A stretch of DNA of 64,000 bases, taken from contig NC_045696.1 in the NCBI RefSeq assembly GCF_009834535.1, forward strand, positions 118,980,001 through 119,044,000, given 5' to 3'. Source of the stretch: Camelus ferus (taxonomy: Eukaryota). The notes under the pieces are model-generated. The model did not search any database and was not told the DNA's origin. It saw only the letters and a program-made list of their open reading frames with translations. Within the stretch, counting starts at the first letter, position 1. The number at the start of each line of letters is the position of its first letter. This document shows positions 1 through 11,371 of this stretch, one piece after another. The translations under genes were made by a program, and so were the position numbers.

Positions 1-358
1 CCAACTTGTTTTGAAATTGAAGACTATTTCCATTTTCAAGTATAGGAGAAGAGAAAATGAAAAATTTTATTAAGAAAGGGAAAGGGTTTCATTGTGGGCT
101 AATTCACACTACCCTCCTGTGGATCCAAGTTTCAAAGGTGTGGGGGCTTATTTGAGTTTGTGGGGTGAAAAAGGAAAGAATGAATAAATGGGTGAAAAAT
201 AAGATGAACAAAGAAAGAAAGAGGGGAGGAGGAGAGAAGCAAAGAAGGGAAGACTGTGGGTAGCACTGTCCGAATTCGGGACATCGGTAGTGCCGTGAGA
301 ACTCCTCCAGGAGTGTCCCTTCTGAATCGTGATGGTGGCGGTGGCGGGGGGCACTTAC

Positions 359-497
359 TTTATCCTTTTTTTGTTCCTTTACCTCCTGGAGCTTCAGAAG
401 CTGGTCAATATTTGCAAATATATCAGAATGATGATGATGATGATGACCGTGTAAGACACTTGCTGTTCTTCTCTCCCCTTCTTTTTACCAGAATTCC
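359..497 (-). pseudogene. Candidate pseudo-exon (EFW*KEGERRTASVLHGHHHHHHSDIFANIDQLLKLQE)
   Basis: Branch-like CTTAAC plus tttcttAG acceptor at 498-499; donors GTAAGT (358) or GTAAAG (382); stops in all three frames; contains a (CAT)6 repeat. Confidence 0.4.
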
Positions 498-641
498 CTA
501 AGAAAGTTAAGTGATGTGTCCTCCTCTCCTCCATTCACTACTGTGCCCACTCCAGTTCCTCTCCTCTCCTCTCCTCTCCTCCTGCCATGAAGCCTCTCCA
601 GCTTCCCCGCTGCCACGCCACCAGACAGGATACCACCCAGT

Positions 642-1247
642 TGTTAGAGCAGGCAGACAGCTAGGAATGAGCAGAGGGGGGGGGGCTCGGGCCAAAGGGC
701 AGGAAGTCACACATCTTGTGAACATCGGGGGTCCCTGGGCAGGCATGGAAAAGCAGGAAACTTTAGACTAGTAAGAAATAACACATTTGGGGTGACAAGC
801 AGCCTGGAGGCAGATAAAGAAAGGTGGGGAAAGGCAGGAATCTCCAGTGTCCGAATGTAACCTTTTGCTCATTATGCCCTCATTTCAATAAAATTAGCCT
901 TGCAGATGAGAAGTACCCATCATGCACCGAGGCCATGACACTTCCGATCCAGAATAAATAAGGACAGAGATCCCTCCTCCCCTCGGGAAGGTGGAGCTGG
1001 GATGATAATCAGGGAATACGACTCCCAAATCCTTCCCTCCCCAATGAATATTCCACCCACTCATTTTTACACCCGATGTAACCAGCTTGTCAAAGAAACT
1101 CAGGGCAGCCGCTCACCTGAGCCTGCCGGCTCGCCCCTGAGAGTGTCCTATCCATCCTTTAATAAATCCCCACTTTACTTCCTTGACCTCCGTGTCTTGT
1201 CTCTGAATTCTTTCTCTGACAAGACAAGGACCTACCCTCCGGTAACA
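642..1247 (+). mobile_element. ERV1 solo LTR
   Basis: TGTTA...TAACA termini, perfect 4-bp TSD CAGT (638-641 / 1248-1251), AATAAA at 1161, MER41/MER4-group-like 3' end. Confidence 0.9.
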
Positions 1248-1251
1248 CAGT

Positions 1252-1490
1252 GATCTCTACTTTGCTAAAACCCAACCAGTGGCCAAGTCTCAGCCCTCAA
1301 CTCTTTGACCCGTCAGCAGTAGGGACGTCCAGCTGGCCGTCTGGAATTCCACACTCACTGCGTGTCCTCCTCTCCTGCCTTGCTGGCTGCTCCCCACCAC
1401 CGGGCCTCCTTTGCTGATTCCTCCTCATCTCCCTGACTTCCAGCAGTGCCCCAGGGCTCCTTCCTTAGACTTTTCTTTTTGTATCAACAT
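1252..1490 (+). mobile_element. L2 fragment
   Basis: Resembles the L2 RT-region consensus (…ctcctttgctgattcctcctcatc…gtgccccagggctc). Confidence 0.6.
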
Positions 1491-1568
1491 TTGTTTCCGT
1501 CTGGATGTTGACTCCCTCATCATTTGACTGATCCTCTCTAGAGAGTGCTAAAAATGAAGTATGCATGC

Positions 1569-2230
1569 TGTAGTAGACAGAACAATCCCCCCACGGAAGA
1601 CGTCACTGTCATAATCCTCAGGACCTATAAATATGTTACTGCTATGGACTGAGCTGTATCCCCCCCGCCCCCCGACACACACACCACACACAATTCATAT
1701 GCCAAAGCCCTAACCCCGCAGTGTGGCTGTATGTGGAGCTAAGGCCTATTAGGAGGTAACTGAGATAAATGAGATCATGGGATAGAGCCCTGATCCAACA
1801 GGATTAGTATCTTTTTAAGAGGAGACACCAGAGACCTTGCTTTCTCAGCCATGTGAGGATGCAGAGAGCAGGCAGGGAGCCAGAAAGAACTCTCACCAGG
1901 AACCAAGTCCGACAGCACCTTGCTCTCAGCCTTCCCAGCCTGTGAATAAGTCACTTTCTGCTGTTTTGGCCACCCAGCCTGTGGTGTTTTGTTGTCGCAG
2001 TTTAAGCAGACTGAGAGTCACGCTACCTGGCCAAAGGGACCCTGTGGGTGTGACTGAGCAAAGGCCCTGGACAGGAGCAGACCATCCTGGAACAGCCAAA
2101 TGGGGCCGATGCAATCACAAGGGACCTAACAAGAGGGGAGCAGGAGGGTTGGAGTCAGGGAAGATGCGGCGATCGAAACAGAGATCAGAGACGTTTGAAG
2201 ATGCTACGGTGCTGGCTTTGAAGATGGAGG
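1569..2230 (+). mobile_element. MLT1D/E-like MaLR LTR interrupted by an MLT1A-like LTR (~1640-2017)
   Basis: The outer MLT1 5' end is interrupted after 'atatgttac' by tgctatggactga…gcagactgagag, then resumes with ctacctggccaaaggga…tttgaagatggagg. Confidence 0.75.
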
Positions 2231-2299
2231 TGCATCCCAAGTATGAGACAGGTTTACCAGGACAGACAGACGGACAGACAGATACTGAGACGTGTGATG

Positions 2300-2415
2300 A
2301 GGCAGACAGCAAAATGTTAATGGTGGCACCTAGGCCGCGGGTGTATAGGTGCTAACTTAAAATTCTTTCAACTTCTCTGTGTGTTTGAAACTTAATAAAA
2401 TGTTAGGGAAAAGCA
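2300..2415 (+). mobile_element. Old L1M 3' end fragment
   Basis: aaaattctttcaacttctctgtgtgtttgaaa…aataaaatgttagggaaaa. Confidence 0.55.
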
Positions 2416-2963
2416 AACAAAAAATAAAAAACAGGTAAATACTATTATTTTTCCAAAATTTCTGTTATTTGGCTTTCAGAAAGGAAAAACATGTGTCTTT
2501 TGCCTCTTACCTCGCAAAGGCCTTGGATTTCTCTGAAAGTTTTGTTTCAACCTATTTGCACGGCCTAGTCCCCCCTGGAGAATAATACAGTAAAGGTAAT
2601 CAGACCCTGTAGTCTGACCTTAACCTTGACATCAAAGGCTAACAGGCAGCCACCAACTGGGTTAACTAGGCTGAGGGAAAAGGTGTGCAGCCCAAAGGAA
2701 TGCAAATGACTTGTGACTTCTCAAACCTAAGCTTCAGGAAGGACTCTGAAATTTGAGAATAACTATCCTCACTTCAGTGGGGAAAAAGCCGGCGGAAAGC
2801 TGATGTTGCTGTTGAGAAGAACTATATCCCCCACACATACACCTTTATGAGAAAATTCTTATTTTCAAGGGGATACTATTGGGCAATTCAGAAAACAGGC
2901 AGGGTCTGTGGGCCTTTTCCGTCCATTGGGGAGTGAGATAGAGAAAATCCGTGGATGTGACTT

Positions 2964-3556
2964 TGAAGTGGGAGGAAAGGGGGCAGGGCACAACCACTGA
3001 AGGAATGAAACAGCAGTGAGGGCAGGACAGAGTGGTTAGAACCAAGATGGCAGAAGATTCGACTTCCAGTTGACCTTGAGCCTCATGGCACAGCCACAGG
3101 GCCATGGCAGCTCCTAGGCTGACCGTAAAAGGTCAAAAATGGGCGGGGGCGGGGGCATTTCCTGGAAATTCTTGTCTCTTCCCCAAAGTAGTCGGAATGA
3201 TTCTTCTATCCATTAGCATATGAAATTACCAAGCCCATACAACCCAACAACTCCACACCTTGTGGTCGCTCTCCTTGCCTTCTGAGACGGCCCGCACTCT
3301 GTCTATGGAGCGTGGATCTGCTTTTACTTTAAACTAAACACCCTGCACCTCTCAGTCTCTCTCCCTCTCACCTTCCTGAGACGGCCCACACTCTGCCTAA
3401 GAAGTGTGTGTCTCCTAAGCCGTTTTCCCTTCTGAGTGAGACAGACCTCGCCCTGTCTATGCCGTGTGCATCTCTCTAAATAAACTTGCTTTCACTTTAC
3501 CACCCTTGCTCTTGAATGCTTTCCTGCACGAGGCAAGAACCTGTTCTCCCACGACA
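2964..3556 (+). mobile_element. MER41-like ERV1 solo LTR
   Basis: TG...CA ends, near-TSD ACTT/ATTT, MER41 hallmarks (accaagatggc, ttagcatat, ctgtctatggag, aataaacttgctttcacttta), internal triplicated ctgagacggccc-like unit. Confidence 0.8.
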
Positions 3557-4352
3557 ATTTCCGGAGGCAGAAACTTGCCATTTTGTGTGTCTCAGTAGCT
3601 CCAGAAGCCAGAGTGTGGAGGGTGTGGGGACAGCTGGCTTCTTTGGAGTGGTTTCTGGTACACGTGTGTTTTGGGGGCTGGGGAGGGGGTTGGTAATATC
3701 TTAATATTTTCACTGCTGCTTCCCAGACCCAGTAATGACTTCTTCTTACTCTGCACCTTCCCCTATCATCACTGCCAGGGGAGGACGGGCTGAGTGAGGC
3801 CTGTGGCTTTCCCCCTGAGAAGGCAGACTGCAGAGAATTTAGAATTCCATTCGGACTTTTTGAGTTTCTAAGCAGGCCTTTGAAATTCATGACAGAAAAA
3901 CAAAGGTTTTAATTTCCAAAAGCTATGCTTTTTGAGAGAGAAAGTGGCTTTGAGTTAGAAAATTTTGGTCAGTGTATCAGAAACAAAGATCTGAAGCCAT
4001 TGGGTATGTACCGTACACAAGCCATCGTGGTCTTGCCAGGAGCCACGACAAACCTCTCTCCAGGTAAGACTGAGTCTTCACTTGTCCTCTGCACCTCCAG
4101 TCTCTCGCTGTGAAACGGAATGTAACATACTGACTTTTGCACCCTGTCGTCAGGACTGGGTGGTGCTCCCAGCACCGTCTCTGGCTCCCAGTCTTCTCCT
4201 TCCTCCTTTCCCCGGTGTGTCCAGGGCACTCCTGAAAGCAAGAAAAGCAGAGTCTTTCTCGGATATTGCATGATACATCTGCAAGGAGGTGAGAACACGG
4301 TGTCCTCTCAGCCACCGCAACCAGAAGTCATCTGAGAAAGACATTTTATCTT

Positions 4353-4810
4353 TGCCGACTGAAATCAAGTGCACAACCTAAAAGCTGAGAACTGTGTTTT
4401 ATGGGCAGGACTTCCTGAGGCCTCGAGCCTGGAAGGCAGCCTCTCAGATTGCTCTGAGGCACTGCTCCACCCAGGCAAGAGACAAGCCAGGGTATAGAGG
4501 AGTTTTTGCAACAGAGCCCAGGTAGTTGGAGCATCAAGAGTTGACTGTTAATTAAAGAAAACCAGACGTCTCAAGTTAAGGAATTTAGTGCTTTTCTGTG
4601 TACGAGAGGGAGCAAAGGTCTGGGCTGATTAAAATCATTCCTTTGATGTGCACCTAGCTGTGTAGGGCCAGTGTCCCGACTGCCTGCTGGTCTCTATCCT
4701 GAGTTCCCTCCTCTCACTGCCGGGCGGGGGCAGTAGTGTCTGATGACCGATGACTTAATGGCCACAGAATTCTTTGTTTATCACATGGCTGGCAGTATTT
4801 TCCATTCACA
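4353..4810 (-). mobile_element. ERV1-type solo LTR
   Basis: TG...CA-bounded ~460 bp element resembling laurasiatherian ERV1 LTRs (ctctcagattgctctgag, aaatcattcctttgatgtgcacc). Confidence 0.7.
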
Positions 4811-5234
4811 ACTATCATCCAGCCAGATGAGGAAGCCAGTGACTTAATCTGAGTCTCGCTTTCCTATCTGTAAACTACGGAGAGAATAAATGAAATACTG
4901 CATGTAAATTGCCTGCACTTGTGAGGGCTTCCTGCCTTGCGGTAAGCTTTCAATACATGACAGCAATTACCTCTTTGAAGAATTACTTTTTATGTGATGC
5001 ACTTTTTTTTTTTTTTTTTGCTGTAGGATATAACATCTCTTTGTCATTGCTGTTGATTTTATCATGATATCTTTATTATGATGGAGTGTTACTCACAGGG
5101 AAGTAACTAACTGAGGTATTAGGTCCATTTTTTAAATCGGTATAGGAGCTACAAAGTGACGTTTGGAGAGAAAGGAGGAAGTCTTGTCCTGGATGTAACA
5201 GACCCTCTACACTGAGTTAGAACACGGGTTGTCA

Positions 5235-5400
5235 GGGGCACAGGGGGTATAGCTCAGTGGTACAGCACGTGCTTAGCATGCATGAGGTCCTGGGTTCAAT
5301 CCCCGGTACCACCATTTAAAAAATTACAAAATAAATAAATAAACCTAATTACCCCTCCCCCTCCAAAAAAGCTTAAAAAAATAAAATTTAAAAAAAAAAA
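5235..5400 (+). mobile_element. Vic-1-type tRNA-Ala-derived SINE (camelid)
   Basis: A box TAGCTCAGTGG, B box GGTTCAATCCC, A-rich tail, TSD core GGTTGTCA (5227-5234 / 5404-5411). Confidence 0.9.
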
Positions 5401-6214
5401 GCTGGTTGTCATCCAGACGCCCACTCTTTCCAAGTGCCACCTTCTGAACGGTGCATGTCTACATGCTCCAAGGAAGACTTGCTGCTTCCCGGGCCTCTGC
5501 TCTGCATCTAGAATGTTCTTTCATAGTCTCTTCCCTTTGCTAACACCTCCATATCTTCCAGAGGAGCGCCCACCCAGGGTAGGTGGGTCACCAGAGGCTG
5601 ACTAACTCCAGAGGCGAGGGGAATTGGGAAGAGTGATGACTGTGGAATGCCCGAGCCTGCTGGCCCCTGCTCACTGCTTATCAGCTGTCCCTGGGGGCTC
5701 ATTCCTTACCCTCACTAAGCAGCATTTCCTCATCTATACGGTGCAAAAACAATCTACCTTCCTCGAGTATTTACGAGATGACATGACATCCTGAGAGGAG
5801 CCAGCCCCTCCCAGCTCTGTCCCTTCCCACTCCTCCCTGGGGCCGGCCCCTCCCTCCTGAGTGGACTCATGGTCGGGGACAGAGGCAGAAACCTCCAAGC
5901 AGTCACGGATCCCAGGCTGACACGTGGTCCGTGGTTCCCGAGAGAAGCCTGTCTCCCAAGCAGCTCAACAGCCGCTCCCGGCTCGAAGCACTGCCCTTTG
6001 TCACCACAGCACAGCATCCTCACCCTCCCTCGTCCCCCCCCCCCACCCCCCAGAGTATCGTCCCCTCACATGAGCACAGGGACGTCATGACTCACAGTGC
6101 CTCTCCCTGCAGACACTAGAAGAGGGCACAGCTGGCTTCTCCGGTGGCCTCAGGGGCACTTCACTGCTCTTTTAAGGAAATGCGTCAGGTGCTCCCCAGG
6201 AGAGCTGCGCCAGA

Positions 6215-6345
6215 GTGTGGTTCTCAAACTGAAGTGAGCACCTGAGTCACCTGGAGGGCTTGTTGAAATGCAGATTGCTGGGCCCACCCCTGATTCAGAA
6301 GGTCTGCAGTTCTGCTGGTTGGGGACCACACTTCAAGCTGACTGC
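6215..6345. mobile_element. MER5A-like hAT-Charlie MITE
   Basis: gtggttctcaaact…tcacctggagggcttgtt…cagattgctgggccc…gaccacactt. Confidence 0.8.
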
Positions 6346-6695
6346 ACCAGGGAAGCCAGCGGCGGAGAGCTCCCCATCATAGCCACCTCCTCCGGCCTTC
6401 CCGCCCCCCTGAGGGTCCAAGGCTGGGCCCAGGCTGCTCTCCTGGGGCCTGCTCTGTCTTCTCCTGCTCGTAGGGGCCTTCCTGCAGCCTCGTACCATCT
6501 GCATCCTCCTCCAGTTCCCTGATGGGAGCACCTCTCACCCTCAGTCCTGTTCTCTTTTCACTTTCTCTCCACATTCTCTCCTGGGAAACCACATCTTCTT
6601 ACTCATCATGGTCTCCCTGACACCTAATGCAGGGCCAAGGACTTATACGTAAGTACTGAACCGACCCCAGGACTTCCTTGTGCACGTGGGTCTCG

Positions 6696-7005
6696 TATCA
6701 GTCAGGACAGACGAGGTTATGCAGCTGTAACAAACAGCTCCCAGACCCCAGTGGCTCAAACCTCAGAGGTTTACTTCATTTGCACTGTGTGTCCCTTGCA
6801 GGCTGGCAGGGTGCTGTCCTCGCACTCAGACCCTGTCTGAGACGCCTGTACCATCTGGAATGCTGCTGCGACAGCAGGAGTGAGAGCACATGGAGAAGCT
6901 CCCAGCTTCCACCCAGAAGTCGTGTGCAAATTTGGCGCATGTTTCATTGGCCAAATCCAGTCACACCCCAGTGACTGACTTCAGAGGGGCAGGACGTGCA
7001 GGCTT
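6696..7005 (-). mobile_element. MLT1K-like MaLR LTR
   Basis: tcagtcagga…ggttatgcagctgtaacaaac…ttcattggccaaa…gtcaca. Confidence 0.65.
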
Positions 7006-7269
7006 CCCACATACCCAGTGCTGCCCCATCGCAAGCAAGAAAGGAGACCCCGACCACAGGAGAGCAGCCCCTTGTCTCCTGTTCCTAACTGGAGCCCAGA
7101 TTTCCACCCTGCTTTCTAGACTTGTATTTCCAGGTGCCTACTAGACATTTATAGCTGGCAGATGCTCTAGTGTGTTGTTTTCAAAACTGAATTTACTCCC
7201 CTATCAAATTCCTTTCTCTTTCTTTATCTGAATCACTGGGTTTAGTTACAGAAAAAACCTATGCGCTTT

Positions 7270-7700
7270 CCATTTGCAGCAACATAGATCGACCTGGAGA
7301 TTGTCATTCTAACTGAAGTAAGCCAGACAGATACCATATGATACCACTCATATGTGGAATCTAAAAAAAGAAGAAGAAAGAGGACACTAATGATCTCATC
7401 TACAAAAGAGAAACAGATTCGCAGACATAGTAAATAATCTTATGGTTACCGAGTGGAAAGGGGGTGGGAAGGGATAAATTTGGGAGTTTGAGATTTACAA
7501 ATGTTAGCCACTATATATAAAAATAAATTTAAAAAACAAATTTCATCTGTAGAGCACAGGGAACTATATTCAATACCTTGTAATAACCTTTAATGAAAAA
7601 GAATACAAAAACAAATACATACATGTATCTGCATGACTGGGGCATTGTGCTATACACCAGAGAGTGACACTATTGACAATTTAAAAAAAAGACAAACAAA
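7270..7700 (+). mobile_element. 5'-truncated young L1 (ORF2 end plus 3'UTR)
   Basis: catttgcagcaaca…atgtggaatct…, A-rich tail, degenerate TSD ctatgcgctttc / ctatgggctctc. Confidence 0.9.
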
Positions 7701-9169
7701 CTATGGGCTCTCACCCTTGGCCTTGTCTGTGCCTTTTCCTCGCCCCTGTACAGCCAATCAATCAGGCCACATCCAGCCAGTTACATGCCTCTTATATCTC
7801 CGTGCTTGAATTCTATCTTATACCCTGCCTTAAACTAGCCGCTCCTCGTCATTCACCCCACAAACAGGTAAATGCTCCCACCGTGGGCCAGGACCGACCC
7901 TCGACTCTGGAGATAACAGCAGTAGGACAGAGCCCAGCCCTGGCCTCACGGAGCTTACAGTCAGAAATGTGTAGTTATGGTCGTCATACGAGCTCTACTG
8001 GAGAGGAAAGGAGGGCAGGGAACATGTTCCAGGCAGAGGAACTCCAGTGCAGAAGCTCGCTGCCCCTTTTCCAGGACTGTCATAGAAGCCTCCTCCGTGG
8101 CCCCTGCCTTCACCCTCTGCCTGTCCTGTACAGCAAAAGATCGGGACGTAAGTAACCCTCCTAAGCAAAAGACTTAACCATGGCACCCCTCACGCAAATT
8201 CATGAGTCTCCACCGCCTTAAAACAAAGTGACTTTTAAGGTCCTCCAGTTTCAGCCTCATCTGTCTTGCTGCCATTGTTGCTCACTTTTCTCCTCTTGCC
8301 GGTGGTCAAGCCAGACCAAAGCACTTACAGTTCTCTCTACATGCCCTCTACACTTTCCAGCCTTGAGCCCTTTTCTCTGTCCAGAACGCCTCCCAATTCC
8401 TTGGGTCAAGATCCCACCCATTCTTCAGATGCCACCTCATCCATGAGGTTTTTCCTTGTAAACCCATCATAAGCAAGTTCTCTCTCCGGTTAGTGCCAAC
8501 AACACTTGATTTGATTTTTTCTAAGATACCTTTTGTGATTCGTGTCGAGGTGCACGCCTTATCCCTCCAGGAGACGTGAATTTCTTAAGATGGAGATCTG
8601 CCTGTGACAGTTTCTGTTCCTCACAAGATTCATCGCAGGGTTTTGCACAGAGTAAGTTGCAGCTGCGTGGCTGTGGAATCCACCACTGCCCCCAGGGATG
8701 GGACCCAGGCATCCAGGGAATTTGCTGCCCTCTGCTCCCATTTCTCCTTTTCTCATAGTAGGAGCCCCTCTGGATGGTTTGAGAGCTCTCCTCATTTATC
8801 AGAGGAAGATCCATGAACTATGTTCTACCACTTCCACTCTCTGGAACTTTCTTCAGCCTCTCCTAAACTTTTGCTGCCAAGCAAGCTACACGCTCTTCTC
8901 TCCCCAGCCTAGTCCACCAACTACTTGCTGGGTTTGAATGGACACATTGCCACTTCTCTACAGGGGATGGAGGGCTAAGGACTGGTGGGTGAGGGGGAGC
9001 TCTCCGTGGCTTTGGAGACTGTCTGGCTTTGGTTTAAATCCTAGCTCTCCAGCCTTCTGCCTTAAGCTGCTGGAGGCTCTTCATTCATCTGCATGATGGG
9101 ACTGTCCACGCACCTGCCCCAGACAGAGTTGGAAAACACACAGGAAGTGCTTCGTGTATTAATTTCTCC

Positions 9170-9670
9170 TGAGACAGGACGGAAGGGGGCAGGGAACAAC
9201 CATTAAAAGAATGACGCAGCAATTAGCACCCAGATGGCACTAGATCCAACTCCCAATAGACCCTGAGCTTCAATTCACGCTCATTGTAATACAATAGCTA
9301 CTACACGGCACTCCCCCGGGCACCTTGACCGTTCCCAGGCTGACCATAAAAGGTCAAAAAGGGGTGGTGGCCCAATTCCTGGGACTTCCAGCCCCTTCCC
9401 TAAAGTAGTTGGAATAATCCTCCCACTTGTTAGCATATGAAATTACCAAACCCACAAGAACCAACCACCTCTACACCTTGTGGCCTTGTCTCTTGCTTTC
9501 TGAGACGGACGGCGCTCTATGGAGTGTGTATCTCTCTAAGTAAATCTGCCTTCACTCTACTATGACTCACTCTTGAATTCTTTCCTGCATGGAGCCCAGG
9601 ACCCTCCCTTGGGACGCGCACCTGGAACCTGGGACATGGCCATCGTCTCATGTTCCATTTTCCTGTATCA
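9170..9670 (+). mobile_element. MER41-like ERV1 solo LTR (second copy)
   Basis: Shares long blocks with 2964-3556 (aagggggcaggg, ggctgaccataaaaggtcaaaaa, ttagcatatgaaattaccaa); TG...CA ends. Confidence 0.8.
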
Positions 9671-10740
9671 AAAGCAGCTGATGTCCTTTAAAATTTCAAT
9701 TTAAAAATAAAGAGTACTGGGGCAGAGAGAGCAGGAGGAGGAAATCCAGGACGGGGATCCGGCCTTTCCGGCAGAAATCTTCCCTGGATTCCCCTGGAGA
9801 ACGAAAGCCTCAGGCTGCAGGGCAAAAAGGCACGAAAGGGCCAGGAGGCCTCATTCGGAAACTTCACGGGTGGGCGGGGGTCGGGAGCTTTGCGTCTCAC
9901 CTCAATGCTACTCGCTCCGTCTTTCCCGAACCCCCACCACTCTGTTCCAACAATGCCCTTTCTCCCTGCTTCAAAAACCTCATCTGTCCTGGTGGGTGAT
10001 TTTTATGGACACTCTCTTTTCTTTCAGACCTCTGACTAATAGAAATGCATATTAGGAACATATAAACTTGCTTTCAAAGACTCCCCAGGAAGTAGGCAAT
10101 TTTTCACACGTTCCTTTGCCCCTTCTAAGAAAAAAAAAATAAGCCTACAATGGAATATAGTGAGTTAAAGAAAAGGTCTTAAGTGATAGCAATTGATTTT
10201 CTGTGAAGTCTTTTCTTAGAATGCCTTTTGGAGAACAGCAGGTGTCCCCCCACACACTTCCCAGGGGTTCTCAGAATCTTTCTTCCCTCTCCTCTTGCAA
10301 GTCTGGGCCGGCCCCGGGGTGGCACGCCACACGGGAGAGCCCTGGGGGTTCGGCCTGCCTTCAAGAGCTATTCAGGGAGGACAGCGCACAGCTCAGAGTG
10401 GTCTGAGACCAGCTCTCTGTCACAGGCCAGCAGCGTTTAGCCAGACAAGGGGGACATAATCACCGCTTTTAACCTGGTAGTTGGGGGTGGGGAAGGGAGG
10501 ACTAGCAATTTAAGGCCTTGTAACACAGCTTCTGTGTTAGGACAGCTTTCAGAGCCTCCTGCTACAGGGTGGAAGCCTCCTGGAGGACACAGCCCACATC
10601 ACTCACGATTTCTGGAGCCTCTCCTGGACAATGGGAAAGCATCCCACACTGCAGGCGCACCTTCTGAGGCAAGCCTGTACTCTCTTCCTAAGAAAAGCCA
10701 TCTGTTTTCAAAACCTGAAGCCTAAGAGACCTACTTTAGA

Positions 10741-11045
10741 CCATGTTGTCCAATAGAAATAGAATGCGGACCACATCACATTTTCTAGTAGTCATGTTTA
10801 AAAAAGGTAAAAAGAAACAGGTGAATAATAGAGGCATAATTTAATAATGCATTTTGTTTAACCCAGTGTACCCCAAACAACAGCATAACTTGTAATCAGT
10901 ATGGTGGACGTGACTAATGAGCCATGCTGCATCCTGCTTCTTTTCTGACCTCAGGTGTGTATTTTACAAGCACAGCCCATCTCAGTCTGGACCAGTCGCA
11001 GTTCAGGTGCTCTCTAAGGGGCACGTGGCTTGTGGCTGTTGCTTA
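10741..11045. mobile_element. MER33-like hAT element
   Basis: tgtccaatagaaata…aagaaacaggtga…cacgtggcttgtggct. Confidence 0.75.
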
Positions 11046-11371
11046 CTCTGTCCGTGGCGGTCCATGCATACATTGCTTTAAGCAGATCTGAATGAAGTTC
11101 AAGATTCACATAAAAACAGAGCCGTTAACTGTATTGTTATTTCCACTTGCTCTCAAGCAAACTGCAGACACCTTGGAGGAAAGGATCCAACTCGTAGCCA
11201 GGCGTGTGTTTCTGTGTTTATGAATGATGTTGATAATTTATTGGGTGATCAGATCCATCTGGCTGTATGGTTTTTAGATCCAATGACTAGGCCGTTTGTT
11301 GAATTTTATCTTATTCTATTTTTATTTTGATTTTTTGAGGGATCTCCACACTCTTATAATCCAACCAGCCA

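Noticed and set aside
395..497. Transmembrane-helix reading VSYTVIIIIIILIYL
   Set aside because: The hydrophobicity comes from the ATC microsatellite, and the frame has two stops.
1837..2355. 172-aa ORF
   Set aside because: Lies across MLT1 LTRs; chance ORF.
5243..5315. tRNA-Ala gene
   Set aside because: A-rich tail and TSD show it is a SINE; the same reasoning applies to 24.8k and 47.5k.
2964..9670. Provirus bounded by two same-orientation MER41-like LTRs
   Set aside because: The LTRs differ in structure, the first has its own near-TSD, there is no PBS or gag/pol, and the interior holds older MIR/MER5/MLT elements and host pseudo-exons.
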